Assembly: GCA_050251055.1 (NCBI GenBank) | Contig: JBFWNL010000005.1 | Span: forward strand, 64,001-128,000 | Reading direction: 5' to 3' | DNA length: 64,000 bases | From: Bacteriovoracia bacterium | GTDB lineage: Bacteria > Bdellovibrionota > UBA1018 > JBFWNL01 | Part shown: in pieces, positions 1 through 8,839 of the stretch | How the letters are laid out: every line of letters begins with the position of its first letter | How positions within the stretch are numbered: position 1 is the first letter of the stretch | Translations under genes and position numbers: made by a program | Notes under the pieces: model-generated | Seen by the model: only the letters and a program-made list of their open reading frames with translations | What the model was told of the DNA's origin: nothing | Databases searched by the model: none

Positions 1-31
1 GCCCCCCGCGTATCGCAAGTCGCTCGCGCAA

Positions 32-1270
32 ATGCGCGAAGTCGCGCGTATCTTGCGAAAACTGGGAGCTTCGGAAAAAAACCGCGTATTGGAGAAGATC
101 GCGCGCGGCTTGGTCGCCCATTCGGCGGTCATTCTGAAAGAAAATGCGAAGGATCTGAAGGCGCTAGACAAGAAAGCGACCCCGGCTTTCCGGGACCGGC
201 TTACGTTGGATGAAAAACGGTTGGCCGCGATGGCGGAAAGTTTGCGGCAAGTCGCCGCGCTGCCCGATCCGGTCGGCGAGCTCGTGGATCGATCCACGCT
301 TCCGAACGGCTTGAAGCTTCGGCGGGTGCGCGCACCGCTCGGGGTGATCTTCATGATTTACGAATCGCGCCCCAACGTCGCGACGGAAGCATTTTCGCTG
401 GCGTTCAAGGCGGGGAACGCGGCGATTTTGCGCGGCGGCCGCGAGTCGGCCCGAACGGTGGCGGCGCTTTACCAGCTGATCGCGGATGCCTTGGCCGAAG
501 AGGGCCTGCCGCGACTGGCCGCTTGGGGCGTGACGGATCCCGATCGCGCGCTCGTGAAGGCGTTGCTGAGGGAACGCGCCGCGATCGATGTCGTGGTCCC
601 GCGCGGGGGGGACCGCCTGATCGAGTTTGTCGTGAACGAATCGCTGATCCCCGTGATAAAAAACGATCGTGGCTTGTGCCACGTCTACCTACACGAGGAT
701 TTGGCCGGCGAGGCGAAGCTTTCCGAGATGGGGTTGCGGATCGCGGTGAACGCAAAAACCCAGCGCCCGGGAGTTTGTAATTCAATGGAGACCCTGCTTG
801 TGCACGAGAAGTGCGCGGTGGAGCTGTTGCCGCGCATCTATGACGCGATGGCGGCGGTTTCGGTCGAATGGCGAGCTTGCCCCCGTACGAAAGCGATTTT
901 GAAGGGGCGCTCCCGGGTGATCGCGGCCAAGTCCGCAGATTGGGATACCGAGCACCTGGACTTCATCATGAATTGCCGCGTGGTGAATTCGCTGGCGGAG
1001 GCGATTGGGCACATTGAGAAGCACGGCTCGCGGCATTCGGAGTGCATCGTGACGGGCAGTCATCCGGCGGCGGCGCTCTTTCAGGAAGAAATCGATGCGG
1101 CGGCAGTGTATTGGAATGCTTCCACGCGTTTTACCGACGGCTTCGAGTTTGGCTTGGGTGGAGAGCTGGGGATCAGCACTCAAAAACTGCACGTGCGAGG
1201 CCCGGTGGGGTTGCGCGAGTTGACTTGTCCACGCTGGGTGATCGAAGGCGAAGGCCAAATCCGAAGTTAG
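32..1270 (+). CDS. proA: Gamma-glutamyl phosphate reductase (the true start may lie upstream of the window)
   Basis: PLGVIFMIYESRPNV, PRGG, CNSMETLL, NASTRFTDGFEFGLGGELGISTQKLHVRGPVGL motifs; frame is open to the window edge. Confidence 0.95.
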   Translation: MREVARILRKLGASEKNRVLEKIARGLVAHSAVILKENAKDLKALDKKATPAFRDRLTLDEKRLAAMAESLRQVAALPDPVGELVDRSTLPNGLKLRRVRAPLGVIFMIYESRPNVATEAFSLAFKAGNAAILRGGRESARTVAALYQLIADALAEEGLPRLAAWGVTDPDRALVKALLRERAAIDVVVPRGGDRLIEFVVNESLIPVIKNDRGLCHVYLHEDLAGEAKLSEMGLRIAVNAKTQRPGVCNSMETLLVHEKCAVELLPRIYDAMAAVSVEWRACPRTKAILKGRSRVIAAKSADWDTEHLDFIMNCRVVNSLAEAIGHIEKHGSRHSECIVTGSHPAAALFQEEIDAAAVYWNASTRFTDGFEFGLGGELGISTQKLHVRGPVGLRELTCPRWVIEGEGQIRS

Positions 1271-1288
1271 CGGGGCAGAGGAAAGGTT

Positions 1289-2113
1289 ATGGGTACGAGT
1301 ATCACTACGAATTTGGGTATTTTGGGCATTGGAAAAATGGGCGAGGCGTTGGTGGGTGGGCTTCAGCAAACCCCGGGATTCGAGAAGACCTGGAAGATGA
1401 TGGCGAGCCGCCGCTCGGAAGAGGCCGCCCGAGCCGTGAGCCAGAAGCTTGGGATCCCGGTCGTGACGGACAACCGGGAGCTCGTGAAGAAAAACCGTAT
1501 CGTGATCTTAAGCGTGAAGCCGCATCACGCTCAGGCGGTGCTTGAATCGGTGGCGAAGGATTTTACCAGCGACCATGTACTGGTTTCCATCTGCGCTTCG
1601 GTGCGAATATCGCAGATGAAGAAATGGAGCGGCGGCAAACCCCATCTAATTCGTTGTATGCCTAACACTCCCTGCTTAATCGGCGAGGGGATGACGGCGA
1701 TCTCGACGGCGGGCGGGAAGGACTCCGTGAGCGACGTGAAACGCGTGGAGCAGATTTTCCGCACGGTCGGAAAGACCGTCCTGGTTGAGGAGTCGCTGAT
1801 GGACGGCGTGACGGGGCTCAGTGGCTGTGGCCCGGCCTATGTTTATTTGGTGGTCGAAGCGCTTAGCGAAGCGGGCGTTAAGGTTGGCCTGCCTCGGCAA
1901 ACGGCGACCTTACTCGCGGCCCAGACGCTGGCGGGCGCGGCGAAGATGGTGCTGGAGCGGGGCGAACATCCGGCGGCGCTGAAAGATGAGGTGACGACTC
2001 CGGCCGGCTGTACGATCGACGGATTGATGGCGCTGGAAGAGGGAAAACTGCGGGTGACTTTGATTAAAGCGGTACTCGCGGCCGCCAAGCGTAGCGCGAG
2101 TTTGAGCGAATAA
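1289..2113 (+). CDS. proC: Pyrroline-5-carboxylate reductase
   Basis: GIGKMG, SVKP, RCMPNTP, SGCGPAY, VTTPAGCT motifs; follows proA. Confidence 0.95.
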   Translation: MGTSITTNLGILGIGKMGEALVGGLQQTPGFEKTWKMMASRRSEEAARAVSQKLGIPVVTDNRELVKKNRIVILSVKPHHAQAVLESVAKDFTSDHVLVSICASVRISQMKKWSGGKPHLIRCMPNTPCLIGEGMTAISTAGGKDSVSDVKRVEQIFRTVGKTVLVEESLMDGVTGLSGCGPAYVYLVVEALSEAGVKVGLPRQTATLLAAQTLAGAAKMVLERGEHPAALKDEVTTPAGCTIDGLMALEEGKLRVTLIKAVLAAAKRSASLSE

Positions 2114-2123
2114 GGCGAGGTGC

Positions 2124-2879
2124 GTGATGGATTGGCTAGACATCGGAGTTAGCTTGCTCACCCTGACGGCGCTGGAAATCGTCCTCGGGATCGACAATAT
2201 TATTTTCATCACGATCTTGGCCGGCCGGCTTCCCGTCGCCGAGCAGGCGAAAGCGCGTCGTTTGGGGCTACTGATGGCGCTCGTTTCCCGCATCATCCTG
2301 TTGATGGGGATTAGCTGGGTGGTCAAGCTGACCCAGCCGCTCTTTGCGGTCTTCGGACGCGATATCTCGATGCGGGATTTAATCTTGATTCTCGGTGGCT
2401 TGTTCCTGATGTGGAAGGCCATGACCGAGATTTACCACAAGGTGGAGGCCAAGGATGCCCACGGGGCGCACGCTCCCGCCAAGGGCACGGGGACTCCGCC
2501 CGTCACGTCCGGAAAACCGAAACTGGGCGGAATCATCACCCAGATCATGATCGTTGACGTCGTCTTCTCGCTCGATTCAGTCATCACCGCCGTGGGCACC
2601 GCTAAGCACCTGGGCGTAATGGTGGCGGCCGTGATCATCTCGGTGCTGGGCATGATGATCTTCGCCCGTGCCATCGGCGATTTCGTCGAGCGCCGGCCGA
2701 GCATCAAGATCCTCGCGCTTTCATTCCTGGTCATGATCGGAACCCTGCTCGTGGCCGAAGGCTTCGGTGAGCATCTCAACAAGGGTTACGTCTACTTCGG
2801 CATGGCTTTCGCGCTCGTGATCGAGATGCTGAATATGCGATTCGAAAAGAAAACGGCCATCGCGGCCAAAGGGAGATAA
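2124..2879 (+). CDS. TerC family integral membrane protein
   Basis: [13 protein letters not shown] and [14 protein letters not shown] signatures, multiple TM segments. Confidence 0.9.
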   Translation: MMDWLDIGVSLLTLTALEIVLGIDNIIFITILAGRLPVAEQAKARRLGLLMALVSRIILLMGISWVVKLTQPLFAVFGRDISMRDLILILGGLFLMWKAMTEIYHKVEAKDAHGAHAPAKGTGTPPVTSGKPKLGGIITQIMIVDVVFSLDSVITAVGTAKHLGVMVAAVIISVLGMMIFARAIGDFVERRPSIKILALSFLVMIGTLLVAEGFGEHLNKGYVYFGMAFALVIEMLNMRFEKKTAIAAKGR

Positions 2880-2880
2880 C

Positions 2881-4284
2881 ATGAGTCAGCAGAAGTTTCG
2901 CACCGAGAAAGACACTTTCGGCCCCATCGAGGTACCGGCCGACCGGCTCTGGGGCGCGCAGACCCAGCGGTCACTGAAGTACTTTTCTATTTCCACGGAA
3001 AAGATGCCACTTGCGCTCGTGTATGCGCTGGCCACGGTGAAGAAAGCGGCCGCGATCGTGAACCGTGAAAACGGTTCGCTCGACGCGAAGAAGTCGGAGG
3101 CGATCGTGAAGGCCGCCGACGAGGCGATCGCCGGAAAGCTCGATGCCGAGTTTCCCTTGTTCGTCTGGCAGACCGGGAGCGGCACCCAGTCGAACATGAA
3201 TCTCAACGAGGTCCTGGCCAATCGCGCGAGCGAGCTGATGGGCGGCGAGCGTGGGGAGGCCCGCAAGGTGCACCCCAACGACGACGTGAATAAAGGCCAA
3301 AGCTCCAACGACGTGTTTCCTACTTCCATGCACGTGGCTGCCGCGGCCGCCGTGGTAGGTTCGGTCATTCCGTCGGTGAAGGCTCTGCGCGATACGTTGC
3401 AGGGCAAGGCGAAAAGTTTTCGCGATATCGTGAAGATCGGTCGCACGCACCTGCAGGACGCGACGCCGCTGACGCTTGGCCAGGAGTTCTCGGGCTACGC
3501 CTCGCAGCTGGAACACGGGCTCGCGCACCTGGAGCGCTCGCTTCCGCATCTTTACGAGCTCGCGCTCGGCGGAACCGCGGTCGGCACGGGCCTGAACGCC
3601 CCGAAAGGTTACGCCGAGCGCGTGGCTAAGGAGATCGCTCATTTGACGGGATTGCCGTTCGTGACCGCTCCCAATAAGTTCGAGGCCCTGGCCGCGAACG
3701 ACGCCCTCGTGAGCGCGCACGGGTCGTTGAAGGTGGTGGCGACCGCCCTGTTTAAAATCGCCAACGACATCCGGTGGCTTTCGTCGGGTCCCCGCTCGGG
3801 GTTGGGTGAAATCACGATTCCGGAGAACGAGCCGGGTAGCTCGATCATGCCGGGAAAGGTGAATCCCACCCAGTGTGAGGCCATGACCATGCTCTGCGCC
3901 CAGATCATGGGTAACGACGTGGCGGTGACGATGGGGGGGGCCTCCGGGAATTTCGAACTCAACGTCTATAAACCACTCATGATTCAAAACTTCCTACAGT
4001 CCTGCCGATTGTTGGCGGATGGCTGCCGCAGCTTCCGGGAGCATTGCGCGGAAGGGATCGAAGCAAATCGCGCGCGGATCGATGAAAACCTCAAGCGTTC
4101 GTTAATGCTGGTGACCGCGCTCAATCCCCACATCGGGTACGACAATGCGGCTAAGATCGCTAAAAAGGCGCACAAAGACGGGACGACGCTGAAAGAGGCG
4201 GCGATGGCGTTGGGTTTGGTGACGGCCGAGCAATTTGATCAGTGGATCAAGCCCGAACAAATGGTCGGCGAGATCAAGCTCTAA
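2881..4284 (+). CDS. fumC: Class II fumarate hydratase
   Basis: [37 protein letters not shown]. Confidence 0.97.
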   Translation: MSQQKFRTEKDTFGPIEVPADRLWGAQTQRSLKYFSISTEKMPLALVYALATVKKAAAIVNRENGSLDAKKSEAIVKAADEAIAGKLDAEFPLFVWQTGSGTQSNMNLNEVLANRASELMGGERGEARKVHPNDDVNKGQSSNDVFPTSMHVAAAAAVVGSVIPSVKALRDTLQGKAKSFRDIVKIGRTHLQDATPLTLGQEFSGYASQLEHGLAHLERSLPHLYELALGGTAVGTGLNAPKGYAERVAKEIAHLTGLPFVTAPNKFEALAANDALVSAHGSLKVVATALFKIANDIRWLSSGPRSGLGEITIPENEPGSSIMPGKVNPTQCEAMTMLCAQIMGNDVAVTMGGASGNFELNVYKPLMIQNFLQSCRLLADGCRSFREHCAEGIEANRARIDENLKRSLMLVTALNPHIGYDNAAKIAKKAHKDGTTLKEAAMALGLVTAEQFDQWIKPEQMVGEIKL

Positions 4285-4298
4285 CGACTGGCTTCGGG

Positions 4299-7211
4299 TT
4301 ATTTTTCTTTTTCCGGTTCGGGCAAAGTAAACTGGCGGCCGGCGAGCGGGAACTTCACGTCTTTGGGCTGTAGGGCATCCGGCTTTTCGAGGCGCTTGAG
4401 TTCGGCCACATTGGCCGCGATCTTGTTGCCGATGAACGGCCGAATCTGCAGGAGCACGACTTTGTCCTCGACCATCGCCCACTCCATGTCCCACTTGCGG
4501 CTCTCGAGCTTGGGGTAGGCTTGCATCAGGTGCTTCTGGATCCCGTCGCCCTTGCCGGCGAGCGCCTTGGCGTGGGCTTCGGGAATAATCGGATCCAGGC
4601 CTTGCACCGGTACGTCGGCAAATCCTCCGTCCGGCAGCAGCACTTTGCGCGTAGGAGCATAGGCCCGGCGTACCCGGTTCACCGTGCCCGCGTGGCGGGA
4701 AACCAGGACTTCCTCGGGATTGTACTCTCCGTTGACGACCGTGATCCCCACGCCTTCGTTGGCGGCGATCATGACCTCGTCCTGGTATTCCTCATTCTGC
4801 GTACTGCCCACGACCATGACGCCGGCCTTAGTTCCGTTGATCCCGATCTGGACGACCACCGAGGGATACACGTCCCACGGGTTTTCGATCAGGTCTTGTC
4901 GCCAGGTCATCGCCTTGCGCGTGAACGGGGACGCCCAGACGTCCTTGATGGCTTGTACCACCTTGGCCAATCCCACGACGTTAGGGATGGTTTCATTGAG
5001 GCCTGCGCCCACGAACTGGGGCAAATCTTCGGCATTCGTATCGCTGCGGACGAATACGCCGCGGCCCAAGAATGGCTCCTTGCTGAGGGTCTGGGCGATG
5101 AAAGCGATCAATTCGGGTTTGAGCTCGATCGTGCGGATACGCTGACGGATCTTCTCTAGCGCGGCCACCTTCTTGGCCATCCCTTCGTCGCTGGTGTCGC
5201 TGAGGTCAAACTCTTCGAATATCTTACGGGCATCTTCGAGGATTCCCGTCTCCTTCATATGTGCGTAGTAGACGCCGAAGGGGAGGACAAAGGCTTGCGG
5301 GACATGATCCGGGAAGACGGAAGCCAGTTCGCCTTGGCCGCAGGCTTTGCCGCCCGCCACGATGCCACTGTCGGTCATGCGCAGTTGCTCCAGAAACAGC
5401 GGGCGATTGTATTTCATCATATCGGCTGGAATCTGGATGCGGGTACGTTTCTGTTCCCGTACCTTGTTATAGACTTTCCAGGTATCGATCTCCGCGGGCG
5501 TTGCTTGGTCGAAGCGTTTTATGCTGACCTCGCCGTTGGGCAGCGAGATATAGAGCACATCTTGGTTTTCGAGGCCGCGCAGCTTGTCTACCAGGGACTG
5601 GGGAATGACCGCGTTGGGGAGTCCGTGGTTGCTGGCCAGCAGCTGCACGTGCGAAATGGTACTGCCCGAATCGGTCGTCAGTACGCCAGCCACTTTGCTG
5701 AGAGAAGGGGGGGTCTTGGTCAGCACGTAAATGTAGTCGGGCCGCCAGTTATAGTTCTCGTCGTTAGCTTCCGCCTCCGCGGTGACCTTGAGGATGCCGC
5801 GCGCGATGCCTGGGTTTAGCATTCGATGGGGAGCGGAGATTTCTTCCGTCCCGATAGTGATTTTACGGCCCGAATAGGTTTGAACCAGCGTGTGGATCTG
5901 GGCGAGGAAGTTTGTGAGCTGTAACAGCACGGTGGATCGCAGCGAGTCGTCGATGAACTTGTCCGCTTGGGGCACGTACTCTTTGTATTTGGCGAGTACG
6001 GGGTTGAACATCGCGCGGAAATTACGTACGCCTTCCTGGACGCTACCCTCCACCTTTTCGATGAGCATGAGGACTTCGGCCGGATCCACGAGCTGCCCAC
6101 CCCCACCCAGACTCGTGTTTTTTAGGGTGTCTCGGCGGATCAGCCCGATGGACTCCGCGCTTTTCGTCAAGGCGTCAACCATCGCTTGAATGTCGGCAAG
6201 CGAGAGTACCGTGCGGGTGTCTTGTAGACGTCCGATGAGGGCGCCACCTAGGGAAAAAGTCGCGGTTTGTAGCTGATGCAGCAGATCGATTTGCTCGATC
6301 GCGCAATCGATATCGCGGTCGATGCGGCAATTCGTCGTAGCGGCCCGGGCGGCGTTCCCGGCTTTGACGGAGGCATCGGCGAGGGCCGTCAGGTTGTCGC
6401 GTATGGCGTCCAGCTTGCCCGTGAGCGCTTTCGCGCTGGGCTTATCCATGAGGAACTTGGCGTGAGTCTGATAGTTATCGAGCGCCGAGCGCGCCGCTCC
6501 CGTCACATTATAGTGGATATAGAACGTGGCTACGTCTCCGCCCCCGAAGAGCGATTCGAGTTGGTTTTGGATCGTAGCCGCCATCTGGGTCACGCTGTCG
6601 TTGAGGCCCTGCGCTTTGCGCTGGGCGATGAATTTCTTCACGCGCTCGATCGTGAGAAGAGATGGCTGCTGGTGGATTTCCAGGCGAATATCCATGAATC
6701 CAGGCGCCCCTTGAATAACCACCGCGTTGGCCCGCATAGTGTTGATCATGCGGTTATCGTGGTTATGATAGATCGATCCCCCCAATAGGTAGCCCGTCAA
6801 GAGCGCATCGTCGGCGAGGGGTTGCCCGTTCTTTGTGGAGATCGTTTGATTCAATGTTTGGGCGAGCGTGATAAAGTCGCTTTCTGCGTTCGAATAAGTG
6901 AATTTGATCGGAAGCCACGGCATGCCCCACTCTTCCTGCATGCGTAGGTATTCCTGCAGGATCATTTCGCGGGGCTCCGGGTGGGCAGCCATCTGGGTGA
7001 GCAGCGTGTAGGCGGGGAACCCTTTGGCCTGGAATTCGGCGTAACCGCGTTGCAGGTCGGAGCTCGGCTGTCCGCTTGTCTTGGCGGCCTCGTACGCCCG
7101 GATCATTCGTTTGTTCCACTCTTGCTCGGCGGGGCCGGCTGCAGCCACCCCGGAAACGAAAAAGGCGACGGCGGTGATGATTAGGCCTGGAATCGCTTTC
7201 GACTTTGACAT
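4299..7211 (-). CDS. Secreted PEP/pyruvate-binding (ATP-grasp) dikinase-like protein, paralog B
   Basis: Signal peptide (..FFVSGVAAA), phospho-His-like motif TISHVQLLASNHG, GGKACGQGEL, RSDTNAEDLPQFVGAGLNET, DMEWA..LLQIRP. Confidence 0.85.
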   Translation of the reverse strand: MSKSKAIPGLIITAVAFFVSGVAAAGPAEQEWNKRMIRAYEAAKTSGQPSSDLQRGYAEFQAKGFPAYTLLTQMAAHPEPREMILQEYLRMQEEWGMPWLPIKFTYSNAESDFITLAQTLNQTISTKNGQPLADDALLTGYLLGGSIYHNHDNRMINTMRANAVVIQGAPGFMDIRLEIHQQPSLLTIERVKKFIAQRKAQGLNDSVTQMAATIQNQLESLFGGGDVATFYIHYNVTGAARSALDNYQTHAKFLMDKPSAKALTGKLDAIRDNLTALADASVKAGNAARAATTNCRIDRDIDCAIEQIDLLHQLQTATFSLGGALIGRLQDTRTVLSLADIQAMVDALTKSAESIGLIRRDTLKNTSLGGGGQLVDPAEVLMLIEKVEGSVQEGVRNFRAMFNPVLAKYKEYVPQADKFIDDSLRSTVLLQLTNFLAQIHTLVQTYSGRKITIGTEEISAPHRMLNPGIARGILKVTAEAEANDENYNWRPDYIYVLTKTPPSLSKVAGVLTTDSGSTISHVQLLASNHGLPNAVIPQSLVDKLRGLENQDVLYISLPNGEVSIKRFDQATPAEIDTWKVYNKVREQKRTRIQIPADMMKYNRPLFLEQLRMTDSGIVAGGKACGQGELASVFPDHVPQAFVLPFGVYYAHMKETGILEDARKIFEEFDLSDTSDEGMAKKVAALEKIRQRIRTIELKPELIAFIAQTLSKEPFLGRGVFVRSDTNAEDLPQFVGAGLNETIPNVVGLAKVVQAIKDVWASPFTRKAMTWRQDLIENPWDVYPSVVVQIGINGTKAGVMVVGSTQNEEYQDEVMIAANEGVGITVVNGEYNPEEVLVSRHAGTVNRVRRAYAPTRKVLLPDGGFADVPVQGLDPIIPEAHAKALAGKGDGIQKHLMQAYPKLESRKWDMEWAMVEDKVVLLQIRPFIGNKIAANVAELKRLEKPDALQPKDVKFPLAGRQFTLPEPEKEK

Positions 7212-7212
7212 T

Positions 7213-7854
7213 CTATCCTCGTAGTCCGATCACGCAAAGGACCGCTATTTTCAAAAGAGTCGTCAGGAAGTCTTGGCCGACCCGGGCGGCGCTCAGTAAA
7301 ATAAATTCGTCTTTCCACTGAACAATTAGAGGGCGCACCACCTCGAACATAAAGAAGCGGACGGTTCCATTATAGACGAGGTCAAAAGCCAGCCGGGTAA
7401 AGGTAATCACGGCCGCTCCGCTCGAGATCATCGCGAGCAGGCCCTGGCTCATCAGCGAGTTCACTACCCCGAACGCCATGAAGTATTGGAAGCGGTGCCG
7501 GCGCTTCAAGATGAAGTAGATCGGCCCCCCCAGTACGGAAGCGAAGAGGGTCATGAAGATGTTGATCATGGACTGCCGGTGGATGCGATAGTGCCCGTCG
7601 GGAGAGGTAAGAATGAAGGTGTTGTTTTCTGGCTCGGACGTCATGGGCGCGGCGATAGAGCGGGAGATGAATTCGGACGCGGTGGTGATGGTCACGTTCA
7701 CGCCCGTGAGGAGCAAGATGCTGGAGCGATTCGTCCACCAGCTTTGCATCCAGTCGCCGGCGGGACCGGTGATCACGGCAGGCAGCATGCCTTGAAAGGC
7801 GAGCCAAGCCGCCACCCAGGCGTGCCGACGCGAATTTTTTCTCACACCACCCAT
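7213..7854 (-). CDS. Hypothetical multi-pass membrane protein
   Basis: 213-aa ORF with several hydrophobic segments, 1 nt upstream of the dikinase gene. Confidence 0.65.
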   Translation of the reverse strand: MGGVRKNSRRHAWVAAWLAFQGMLPAVITGPAGDWMQSWWTNRSSILLLTGVNVTITTASEFISRSIAAPMTSEPENNTFILTSPDGHYRIHRQSMINIFMTLFASVLGGPIYFILKRRHRFQYFMAFGVVNSLMSQGLLAMISSGAAVITFTRLAFDLVYNGTVRFFMFEVVRPLIVQWKDEFILLSAARVGQDFLTTLLKIAVLCVIGLRG

Positions 7855-7929
7855 TTCCGCTCCTCAGACCCTATGCTTCACTCTCGACCCCGCGAGTAAC
7901 ACGCAGCGTCAAAAACTCAAAACTTTTTT

Positions 7930-8802
7930 TTATTTTCCTTCCCGTCGTCGGCGGTCTTCCTCTTCTTGTTTTTCCACTTCCTGTTCGATCTTGCGCTTGA
8001 GCTCTTCGTCGTAGTTCGGCTCCATCGGCTTCAACCGGTCGCGCGAATCCGTGGGCTGCGTCGAGGCGCTGTTTTCCGGGATGTAGATAATGTCGACCGG
8101 CGGGATGGGGCGAAAACGGGGACCGCGATCGACGAACTCCTTCAGCTCACCGACGACGCTTTCCGAGTAGGTAATCTTTATGTCCCGGGCGAAATCCACT
8201 ACGCAACGGGACGTGCCGGTCTCGCTGCGGCCGTCATGGTTACAAATCCGATCTAGCCGTACGCCATCGACGTCGGTGCTCTCGTAAGATTGTCCGCACA
8301 TCGTGCCGGTTCCGTCGGCCTTGATCACCCACTCGGGGCGGTTGCCGGTCATGGCGACCGTGCCGATCTCGTCGATGCCGAGCTTGGCAAAGTCGTAGAT
8401 GTACGTGCTCCCGTCGGCCACGTTGACCTGGGCCTTGAGGCTTCCGTCCGGGTTCCGCAAGGTGTCGCCGCGCAGGGTGTACTGTTTGTTTTTGCCCAGC
8501 GCCGAAGCAGCGAGTTTCCATTCCGCTTCCGTCGGCAGGCGCTTGCCAACGGCGGTACAGTAAGCCTTGGCCTGTTCGAAGTTCATGCGCATGGCTTTTT
8601 CCGGTCGTCGCGCGCTCGCATTGGTTTGCGCGACGTTCGTACGTCCCGTTTCCCAGATGTCGATATAGAAAGGTTTCGGCGCCCGCACGAGCACCATGTC
8701 GACGAACTCCGCGGCCGAAGCCGACAGCGGCAAACACGCACTCAGGACAAAGGCCATGGCGAAGCGGCCGGTCAAGTGATTCGCGAGCTGGATTTGTTTC
8801 AT
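7930..8802 (-). CDS. Secreted FGE/sulfatase-modifying-factor-fold protein
   Basis: FYIDIWE, AKAYC..GKRLPTEAEW, MTGNRPEWV, RCVVD; signal peptide; GAGGAGA RBS before ATG 8802. Confidence 0.8.
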   Translation of the reverse strand: MKQIQLANHLTGRFAMAFVLSACLPLSASAAEFVDMVLVRAPKPFYIDIWETGRTNVAQTNASARRPEKAMRMNFEQAKAYCTAVGKRLPTEAEWKLAASALGKNKQYTLRGDTLRNPDGSLKAQVNVADGSTYIYDFAKLGIDEIGTVAMTGNRPEWVIKADGTGTMCGQSYESTDVDGVRLDRICNHDGRSETGTSRCVVDFARDIKITYSESVVGELKEFVDRGPRFRPIPPVDIIYIPENSASTQPTDSRDRLKPMEPNYDEELKRKIEQEVEKQEEEDRRRREGK

Positions 8803-8839
8803 AAGTACACTCTCCTCGAAAAAAAATTGCATCGTTCGC